DNA of 27,996 bases from Microcoleaceae cyanobacterium (GTDB lineage Bacteria; Cyanobacteriota; Cyanobacteriia; Cyanobacteriales; Microcoleaceae): contig JBOFUV010000088.1 of NCBI GenBank assembly GCA_051652765.1, positions 1 through 27,996 on the forward strand, in the 5' to 3' direction. Below the pieces are notes generated by a model, which saw only the letters and a list, made by a program, of their open reading frames with translations, did no database searches and was not told the origin of the DNA. This document shows positions 9,930-16,909 of the stretch, piece by piece (positions within the stretch are counted from its first letter, which is position 1; each line of letters begins with the position of its first letter). The translations under genes and the position numbers were made by a program.

Positions 9930-11000
9930 ATGAAAGCGTTAATCCCCAGAATAGAAATTGCCCTCTCTCAAATCCGACATAACACTCGGATGCTGTCCGA
10001 ACTGTATGGGCAACAAGGAATTTCCTTAATGGGAGTTTCTAAAGCGGTATTAGGAGATCCCTCAATTGCCGAGGCCATGATTCAAGGCGGAGTAAAATTC
10101 ATTGCCGACTCTCGCCTTGAAAACATTCAAAAGATGAAAAATGCTAGGATTTCAACTCAGTTTGTCTTGCTTCGCACGGCTTTAAGTCAAGCAGAATCTG
10201 TGGTTAAAACTGTGGATATCAGCCTCAATACGGAACTTGAGACGATCAAAGCACTGTCTTATTATGCAAACGCCTATAATAAAGTTCATCAAATTATTAT
10301 TATGGTCGAGTTGGGCGATTTGCGAGAGGGAATCCTTCCTTGCGATCTGTCTCAATTCATCAAAGAAACCCTTGATCTATCCAATATCAAAATTGTTGGC
10401 ATTGGTTGTAACTTGGCTTGTTATGGTGGAATCAAGCCAGATGACCCAAAAATGTGTGAGTTATCTGAATTAGCTAATTCTATTGAAAAAGAATTTCAGA
10501 TTAGCTTGGAAATAATTTCGGGCGGAAATTCGGCAAACTACGAATGGTATGAATCTGCACAAAGAATTGGGAGAATTAATAACCTACGTTTAGGGGAATC
10601 AATTCTTCTAGGATGTGAAACTATCAACCGAAAAGCCATTCCAGGCTTATACACCAGTGCATTCAAGTTGATTGCTGAGGTGATCGAGTCAAAAGAAAAG
10701 CCGTCTTTACCCTTTGGAGAAATTTGCCAGAATGCGTTCGGAAATGTTCCTACCTTTCTTGATCGAGGCATTCATCGGAGAGTTATTATTGCTTTGGGAC
10801 GGCAGGACGTTCTAGTATCTGGCTTAAAACCGAATCATGATCTAGAAATATTAGGAGCCAGTAGCGATCATGTGGTTCTCGACAGCAAAAACAATGATTT
10901 AAGAGTTGGAAGTGAAGTGAAGTTCAACCTAGATTATGGTGGACTGCTGGCAGCGATGACTTCTCCTTTTATTAAAAAGCAATTTGTCGGCTGTTTTTAA
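9930..11000 (+). CDS. Alanine/ornithine racemase family PLP-dependent enzyme (Orr-like, fold type III)
   Basis: GVSK (PLP lysine), ADSRLEN, MVELGDLREG, GCNLACYGG (Cys), ISGGNS, NLRLGESILLG, LGASSDH. Confidence 0.88.
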   Translation: MKALIPRIEIALSQIRHNTRMLSELYGQQGISLMGVSKAVLGDPSIAEAMIQGGVKFIADSRLENIQKMKNARISTQFVLLRTALSQAESVVKTVDISLNTELETIKALSYYANAYNKVHQIIIMVELGDLREGILPCDLSQFIKETLDLSNIKIVGIGCNLACYGGIKPDDPKMCELSELANSIEKEFQISLEIISGGNSANYEWYESAQRIGRINNLRLGESILLGCETINRKAIPGLYTSAFKLIAEVIESKEKPSLPFGEICQNAFGNVPTFLDRGIHRRVIIALGRQDVLVSGLKPNHDLEILGASSDHVVLDSKNNDLRVGSEVKFNLDYGGLLAAMTSPFIKKQFVGCF

Positions 11001-11639
11001 AGCGATCGCCCTGATGCCGTTAATGCTGCAATCCAATCTCGGAACACCTCTCTTTTCTGTGCAATTTCAGTTCGTTTTGCAAAAATCTGCTGCGTGCAGA
11101 AGCGTTTCTCTGGGTCGCTCACCGTTTTAAGGAACTTTTCGGACTGATTAAAGAGCAGATTTTCGACTTCAACCCACCGCCATGTTCGATTGTTATCCCA
11201 ATCTAGCTCCACGTAATGGCGGGTAGTTCGGTCTTGGACTCCCATCTGGATATTCCAATCCAGCCTTGTGCAGTCGAGCCAGCATTTTCGCTGCACTGAT
11301 GCATTCTGCCTCATTCTCTCAATCCAGCATCCGTCCCATCATCAACGGAAATAGCGTAACCAGTAAACCATCATGACAAAAGTAAGTAGAACCGTCATGA
11401 GCAGGGATTGGTGCTGGAACTTCTGGAATCTGAAGGCTCATGAATTGCATCAGCTTATGCTCGTAAGCGATCGCTTCTGGGGTGCTGGTCAGATGGCTGA
11501 TTCTCAGAACAAAAGCACCTCTCTCACAACTGAGATGGAGTAACTTGTTCCACTCTCCACCTGTTAAAGCGCACACCTCTTGAATCACACCAATTGAATA
11601 ACGTTCTTTAAGTCGTAAGCAAAGTTGAGGTGAAATCAT
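10997..11639 (-). pseudogene. Inactivated phosphotransferase (APH / type II homoserine kinase-like); probable integron cassette 2
   Basis: LTGGEWNK..FVLRI..EHKLM..VPAPI..TLFPLMMGRMLD, then in-frame TGA at 11321-11319, then ENEAECISAAKMLARLHKAG..PPLR. One extra base near 11210 shifts to ELDWDNNRTW...SGRSL*. It ends before any HGD catalytic motif. Confidence 0.8.
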
Positions 11640-11727
11640 GCTCCTTGTTCATGCATAACGACAGCATAACTTGATACTGGAACCAACCGAAAATCCTCTG
11701 ATGACCTCCCTTATGAAGGATTGAGCA

Positions 11728-11814
11728 GCCCAACGACCAAGATAAGCGGCGGTAGACAACTTCGGCAACCTCACCAAGATCTCTCGACCGTCCGCTGCAT
11801 TTGAATTGTTAGAC
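11728..11814 (-). mobile_element. Integron attC recombination site (87 bp)
   Basis: Minus strand GTCTAAC (R'') AATTCAA ATGCAGCGGACGG ... CCGCCGCTTAT CTTGGTC GTTGGGC (R'). Imperfect palindrome with unpaired C and A, i.e. extrahelical G and T on the opposite strand. It lies 58 bp after the parA-like stop. Confidence 0.9.
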
Positions 11815-11872
11815 AGACCTAGCCTCTCAACGGAAATCTAGACTTATCTTCTACGGCAATCTTTGCAGATTT

Positions 11873-12922
11873 TCACAGCTTTCCAACAAGCGTCTCAATC
11901 ACCTCATAACACTTATTTCTTTGCTCTTGAGCAACCTGAATCTCCTCGCCATACACTACGTAGCGACGCTGATCCAGCATTTGACTGAGTGGCAACCCTT
12001 GATTTGCTGCTACAACACCAGCACTATTGAAATCTCTCAGTTCACAACTGTAGACATCTTCAAATTGACTCTGAGAGTAACTATGCTTTTCTCCATCAAC
12101 AAAACGAGATTTATTTTTTTCATACTCCTCAAACATTTTTCTCACCGCTTCATTTGACAGCGCCTTGAAAGCCTGCGCTGCACCTTTCTTCTGGGTAAAT
12201 CTATTACCTAATAAAAGCGCAATCTTCGGTCTTTCCATACCAAAAGTATCAACCTTAGCAGCAAAAGTATATTTTCCGTAGACTGGATGCGTTTTCTCCG
12301 TGCCCCATATTAAATTGAACAATCCTGATATCGCATAAATTGAAGAGTCATCAGCATTGATAGGAACTAATAACTTTTGCCCTGACAAAATTGCAATTTG
12401 CGTGTAGATCGAGAAGCTGGGGTTAGTATCGATAAAAAATGTTGTTGGCTTGTCAAATATAGTACGCTCTGTAAATTTTTTAATGATTGAATGTATTTCA
12501 ACCCAAGGCGAATCCGTGCTGGATAATGGTGTTGCATCAGCTCTTTCTGCCAACAAGGGAGCAATTAGCTCAAGATTTCCGTCACCAGACATAAGAAAGA
12601 GATTTGACGGTAACTTTGGATTACTTTCCTGCAATTGAAGCAGATACTTCTTGACATCTGTGGTGTCATTTTTCAATACACTGTCTGTCAAGTAACCCAC
12701 AACAGTTCTAGGAATATCTCCAACAATTAGCTCTTGTAGACGAGATTCTGCACCAGTCCCACCACCCATCAGCATCATTGATGAGTTTGCTTGTGGACAC
12801 ATATCTACAACCACTACATTCTGCTCGCTGTGTTTCTCAGCGTACATAGATGCAATGTGGAAAGTAATGGTGCTTTTACCAACACCTCCTTTGTTATTCC
12901 ATATAACGTAACTTTTGTTCAT
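11873..12922 (-). CDS. Orphan ParA/Soj-family ATPase (integron cassette 1)
   Basis: Deviant Walker A WNNKGGVGKST, VVVDMCPQANSS, FFIDTNPS (Walker B), LLVPINAD. ATG at 12922 after AGAGAGG. AT-rich, no HIP1 seen, no parB next to it. Confidence 0.88.
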   Translation of the reverse strand: MNKSYVIWNNKGGVGKSTITFHIASMYAEKHSEQNVVVVDMCPQANSSMMLMGGGTGAESRLQELIVGDIPRTVVGYLTDSVLKNDTTDVKKYLLQLQESNPKLPSNLFLMSGDGNLELIAPLLAERADATPLSSTDSPWVEIHSIIKKFTERTIFDKPTTFFIDTNPSFSIYTQIAILSGQKLLVPINADDSSIYAISGLFNLIWGTEKTHPVYGKYTFAAKVDTFGMERPKIALLLGNRFTQKKGAAQAFKALSNEAVRKMFEEYEKNKSRFVDGEKHSYSQSQFEDVYSCELRDFNSAGVVAANQGLPLSQMLDQRRYVVYGEEIQVAQEQRNKCYEVIETLVGKL

Positions 12923-12970
12923 GAGCAACCTCTCTAAAACAACTCAACTCACCGCTTAATTGTTCTCTTA

Positions 12971-13036
12971 GTCTAACAATATCTCAAGGTTCAGTCTGTC
13001 TGAGGATTACCTTGAAATTTTCTGTATAAATCCCAA
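12971..13036 (-). mobile_element. Putative attI region; core site G|TTAGAC at 12977-12971
   Basis: GTTRRRY core exactly complementary to R'' of the downstream attC, located between the first cassette and the divergent intI start. No intact RYYYAAC arm is seen. Confidence 0.7.
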
Positions 13037-13182
13037 ATGGAACAATGCCCAAAAAAGCTACTGGATCAGGTGGCCGCTTCCACGCAGAATCAGGCATTCA
13101 GCGCTCTACTGTTTCTGTATCGGGAGGTATTCGGCAGGAGTTAGATTTACCGATTGATTCCATTCGAGCCAAACGCCCTCGT
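13037..13182 (+). pseudogene. intI: Integron integrase remnant (internal deletion, frameshift, truncation)
   Basis: ATG at 13037 gives MEQCPKKLLDQV-AASTQNQAFSALLFLYREV; a 1-nt frameshift near 13130 then gives RQELDLPIDSIRAKRPR. KLLDQV and VAASTQNQA.SALLFLY are characteristic IntI N-terminal motifs. The catalytic domain is absent. Confidence 0.88.
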
Positions 13183-13243
13183 GAGATTCATGCCTCAGTT
13201 CAGCAACGCCATAAATCCGTAGTGGGTTGCATTTGAGTTCAGA

Positions 13244-13342
13244 TTGATTGCTCATCAAACTCCTATTGATCTCACATTCAGATCAAGTTGATCACAGAGC
13301 ATTTACCCGTTGATCTCATACCAAACCCACTTTGATACAGAA
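13244..13342. repeat. Five TTGAT(C)-based motifs at exact 22-bp spacing
   Basis: TTGAT starts at 13244, 13266, 13288, 13310, 13332; the middle three are TTGATCWCA. Confidence 0.7.
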
Positions 13343-14005
13343 CTAATACAGATTGTCAGATTCCGAAGCAAAGTCATTGCCTCCCTTCACCCGGGCCTTG
13401 GCTTTAGAAGCACTACGTTTGAGGGCTTGCAGACGAGATTCATATCGGGCCCGTTGTCGCTTTTTAGGGGTTTGTTCAATTAACGCCTTGAGGGCACTGC
13501 CAAGACTTTTATAAGCATTCGGGAGGGTATAGCCAAAACGAGTCGCGATCGCGATCGCCTTTTCATCAGCTTCAATGGACTCTTGCAATGTTTTTTCGCC
13601 GCTATTTTTCTGATAAAGCCGATAGCCAGAAATCCCACACAACCCCAGGGCTAGTACCAGGAGTAGACCATCTTGTACCCACAGTTCACCCACAGCACCG
13701 CCTAAACCAATAGCTAAGGCAGCCATTTCCCAACCGTCTTTGGGAATCGTGTCACTTTGAATCCGAGCAACTTCATGCCAGAACATTAAATTCCGCTGAT
13801 CCATGGCCAACTGTTCCCACTTCGCCAAGTCAACTTGAACCTCAACCTGATCCTTCCCAATTTCTTCGCAGCGGATCAGGGGAGGATTGATCTCTACAGA
13901 TTTTTCAACAGTAACCCAGCTTTGCAACTCGGGCGGAAGTAAGCTCTTGAGTCGCCGGAGTTCACTAATCTCAGCTCTGGCTGTAGAGGTTGCATACGAG
14001 GTCAT
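13343..14005 (-). CDS. Conserved cyanobacterial membrane protein (DUF3318 family)
   Basis: ELRRLKSLLPPELQSWV, DQRNLMFWHEVARIQ, WEMAALAIGLGGAVGELWVQD. Confidence 0.8.
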   Translation of the reverse strand: MTSYATSTARAEISELRRLKSLLPPELQSWVTVEKSVEINPPLIRCEEIGKDQVEVQVDLAKWEQLAMDQRNLMFWHEVARIQSDTIPKDGWEMAALAIGLGGAVGELWVQDGLLLVLALGLCGISGYRLYQKNSGEKTLQESIEADEKAIAIATRFGYTLPNAYKSLGSALKALIEQTPKKRQRARYESRLQALKRSASKAKARVKGGNDFASESDNLY

Positions 14006-14102
14006 AGTTCAGACTCTACAAAACGTCTATGGTGTTCATCTAGATTATTTTGTATTGTAGACCTTCAGCGCTAAGATTGTGAGACTCTTTGTCCGAGATT
14101 CC

Positions 14103-14828
14103 TCAATTTCGAGAACAATCTGACCCAAAGCAACGGTCATAGTTCTGATACCACAACGCTTGAGTCATCTCGTTGATCTCGCTATGGGGGGGAAAGGCAG
14201 GATATTTCAAGGTACTATCAAATCGGATATGTAGCCAGGGAACCCCATGGCCATGGGTATTGCACCAGAGGATTTGCTGTTGTTGAATCGCTTGGGCCAC
14301 AATTTCTCCAACCTGGGCCCAAAGGGTGTGGCGCAATGCTTGAGGTGCAGTTTGACAGAACTCGGCAATATGGCCATAGTTCCCGACCACTTTTGGACTG
14401 ACGAGCAGGGCATCTCCGGCAAGATTAGGAAAGGCAGCCACTAACTCCTCCGACCCCAATTGCTGTAAGTAGGGCTGAAACTCAGCCGGATCGGCGGGTT
14501 CAAAGGCTGAGGGCACGAGAACCGCAAAGAAGGGCAGGGTGTCAACGGTTGTGGGATGAATGGGGACAGGTTTCCACTGAAAATCAAACACTGGATCTGC
14601 CCAAGTCTGATTCCACAGTTCGCGAAACTCTGGAACCTGGCAGAGTCCTTGGGCGATCGCTGGCCAAGTCAATGGGTTTCCCTGAGGGTCAAGAAATCGC
14701 ACCATCAACACATTTTGTCCTGCAAAGGTGAGCGGGGCTTGATCTGGAATGACATGAAGCAGACTTGCGTCGGGACAGGAATTGACTGAATCTACAAGTC
14801 TAGAGAATAGAGGTTGCAATTGTGTCAA
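14103..14828 (-). CDS. Hypothetical protein (DUF6940-like)
   Basis: Open 241-aa frame; FPNLAGDALLVSP, YGHIAEF, WCNTHGHGVPWLHIRFD motifs; start uncertain. Confidence 0.6.
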   Translation of the reverse strand: MTQLQPLFSRLVDSVNSCPDASLLHVIPDQAPLTFAGQNVLMVRFLDPQGNPLTWPAIAQGLCQVPEFRELWNQTWADPVFDFQWKPVPIHPTTVDTLPFFAVLVPSAFEPADPAEFQPYLQQLGSEELVAAFPNLAGDALLVSPKVVGNYGHIAEFCQTAPQALRHTLWAQVGEIVAQAIQQQQILWCNTHGHGVPWLHIRFDSTLKYPAFPPHSEINEMTQALWYQNYDRCFGSDCSRN

Positions 14829-14916
14829 AACGTTTACCCTAAATCATACGGTTATACCCTAGCCCAGAAAATTTAAGGATAAATTAACATTATTCCGAGA
14901 AAAATGGAGTTTTGTT

Positions 14917-15753
14917 CTACAGCTTGCGTTCAGTCACCAAGGTCAGACTTTCCCATGCTCCCATAGCATCGTACCGACGAATTAGCCGTTGGCGTTCCTG
15001 AGGGGTTACTAACCAACCTGCTTCGATAAAGTAGGGTGATCGCAATTGGACGTGTTGAGGAACCGTTGCCGATGTGCCACTGGGCAAGAGAATCACTTGC
15101 ATCGGTTGAGATCCCTGATCAAACTGTAAAACGGAGCCGTGAATTTGACCGCTAGAACGAATGGTTTGATTGCCAAAGGTGATCTGCTGGTTTAATCGCC
15201 CGCTGCTGTCTAACTGAAGCTGCATTTGGGTGGGGTAAGTCTCTGGCGATCGCAAGTCAGGATACAAGGTCACCGCTTCTCCCTGCCAAGTTCCTAATAG
15301 TTGCTCAACCGTTAAGATTGGACTTTCCTGGGCATCCGTTCTCGCGCAGTTTTCCCGAATTAGGGTCAACTTTTCCAAGTTTCCCTGGGAGTCAAATAGT
15401 TCTACTAATCTCAGGCGGCGATCGCCCTGAATAAAGCCAAATTCACCACCAGATTGAGCAAAGGGAGCCAGTTGAATTGTTCCCTGGGAAAACGCCCCAG
15501 TTTCAAAAAATAAGATGTCCTTGCCTAAGCTCTGATACTGCCGAACTAGCTCTTCAACGGGGGGGTTTGTGGTAGTATCAGGACTCGATGGAAAGCGACG
15601 GAGGGTAAGACGGACAGTTTTATCCCCATCCAGGGCTTCTAGGATCAAGATACTGGGTGTGTCTTTGAGGATTTCACCAGTGGGTGAAATATTTGTAAAG
15701 GAACCGTGCCATTCCCCTAAATTTTGCAGAAAACTTTCCCATTGCGATCTCAT
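14917..15753 (-). CDS. DUF3598 family protein (Ycf58/BFA1-like, lipocalin-like barrels)
   Basis: MRSQWESFLQNLGEWHGSFT, FFETGAFSQG, LLGTWQG, RQRLIRRYD..GAWESLTLVTE. Confidence 0.82.
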   Translation of the reverse strand: MRSQWESFLQNLGEWHGSFTNISPTGEILKDTPSILILEALDGDKTVRLTLRRFPSSPDTTTNPPVEELVRQYQSLGKDILFFETGAFSQGTIQLAPFAQSGGEFGFIQGDRRLRLVELFDSQGNLEKLTLIRENCARTDAQESPILTVEQLLGTWQGEAVTLYPDLRSPETYPTQMQLQLDSSGRLNQQITFGNQTIRSSGQIHGSVLQFDQGSQPMQVILLPSGTSATVPQHVQLRSPYFIEAGWLVTPQERQRLIRRYDAMGAWESLTLVTERKL

Positions 15754-15816
15754 TGTTTCAATTTGCCCTAGCTCTAAACGTTTGTCTTTAACCTATTCTT
15801 AATTCCGTGCAACTCT

Positions 15817-16827
15817 ATGATGCATCCTCCGATGATCACACTGTTAACTGATTTTGGCATCAGCGATGTCTACGTTGGGGTCATGAAGGGGGTGATTGCT
15901 GAGGTGAGTCCAGAACTGCAAGTGGTTGACCTGACTCACCAGATTCCCCCCCAGAATATTGCCGCAGCCCGCTTCTGTCTGATGAATGCCGTGCCCTATT
16001 TTCCGGTTGGCACCATTCATGTTGCTGTGGTTGATCCAGGGGTTGGAACTCGACGGCGGGCGATCGCGATCAGTACTCCCCAAGGCTATTTAGTGGGGCC
16101 AGACAATGGGTTGTTCAGTGGAGTCGTTGAAGCGGCCTCAGAGGAGAAGGGGCCAGAGGCAATTGAAGCCATTGAGCTGACCAATTCCAAGTACTGGCGC
16201 ACTGCCAAACTCAGCACAACATCCAGCATGACATCCAGTGCAACACCCAGTACAACCTTTCATGGACGTGATATTTTTGCTTCGGTAGCGGCCCATCTCG
16301 CTACTGGTATTCCCTTGGAACGGTTTGGCCATCCGATTGATCCGGCCACGTTGGTGGATTTATCCTGGCAAAAATCTGAATTTACAGAGGAAGGGATTGA
16401 GGGTTGTATTCAGTACATTGACCAGTTTGGCAATTTAGTCACCAATATTCCTGGAGAAGATGTTCAGGGAAAAACCTGGTTTGTTGCCATTAGTGATCTG
16501 AATGGCGAAGCAACCAAAGAAAAAGACGGCAAAGACAAAAAGAAAAAGAAAGAAAAATCAAAAAAAGATAAATCGCTCAATGAGGCCCAAATCGAGACTG
16601 AAGTTGTTGCTATGGTGTCTCGAATTATTCCTAGTGGCAAAACCTATAGTGACGTGCAGGTGGGACAGCTTGTAGCTTTTGTGGGTTCCCATGGCTGGGT
16701 TGAGATTGCCGCCAATCAGGGTAATGCTAAGACCCAGTTGATGCTGGGCTGGGGCGAACGGGTTCAGGTTTTGTTGTGTGAGTCATCCGAAAATCTCGCT
16801 AGAATCTCGCTAGAATTTAGAGAGTGA
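15817..16827 (+). CDS. SAM hydrolase / S-adenosylmethionine hydroxide adenosyltransferase (DUF62, chlorinase/fluorinase superfamily)
   Basis: ITLLTDFG, YVGVMKGVI, VVDPGVGT, VGPDNG, STTFHGRDIFA, YIDQFGNLVTN, GSHGWVEIA. Confidence 0.92.
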   Translation: MMHPPMITLLTDFGISDVYVGVMKGVIAEVSPELQVVDLTHQIPPQNIAAARFCLMNAVPYFPVGTIHVAVVDPGVGTRRRAIAISTPQGYLVGPDNGLFSGVVEAASEEKGPEAIEAIELTNSKYWRTAKLSTTSSMTSSATPSTTFHGRDIFASVAAHLATGIPLERFGHPIDPATLVDLSWQKSEFTEEGIEGCIQYIDQFGNLVTNIPGEDVQGKTWFVAISDLNGEATKEKDGKDKKKKKEKSKKDKSLNEAQIETEVVAMVSRIIPSGKTYSDVQVGQLVAFVGSHGWVEIAANQGNAKTQLMLGWGERVQVLLCESSENLARISLEFRE

Positions 16828-16909
16828 CTGAAAGATTCGTTAAGCTACGGCGGTCTTTACCTCAACCCTGAAGTACTCAATTCTTGCTCCATTTTCCCCT
16901 CTTCTATTC

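Noticed and set aside
9880..9930. GACGCAAAGCCTC resembling a c-di-GMP-I riboswitch junction
   Set aside because: No upstream GGCAAAC/GNRA stem and no downstream P3. It overlaps a stop codon in a 25-bp intergenic gap, so it is likely chance.
8783..11000. DUF1611-racemase operon as integron cassettes
   Set aside because: Opposite orientation, long upstream region, and no attC-like palindrome found around either gene
13022..13037. Possible LexA box before intI (CTGTATAAATCCCAAA)
   Set aside because: Only the left half matches the proteobacterial CTGT-N8-ACAG box, and it does not fit the cyanobacterial LexA motif
13045..13236. 63-aa ORF MPKKATGSGG... from the ORF track
   Set aside because: Artefact: its first half is out-of-frame intI sequence and only RQELDLPIDSIRAKRPR is in the integrase frame
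13244..13342. CRISPR interpretation of the 22-bp periodic motif
   Set aside because: The conserved core (5-9 bp) and the period are far too short
15817..16827. Halogenase (fluorinase/chlorinase) function
   Set aside because: The FHGRD motif and housekeeping context fit the common DUF62 hydroxide adenosyltransferase; no biosynthetic cluster is nearby
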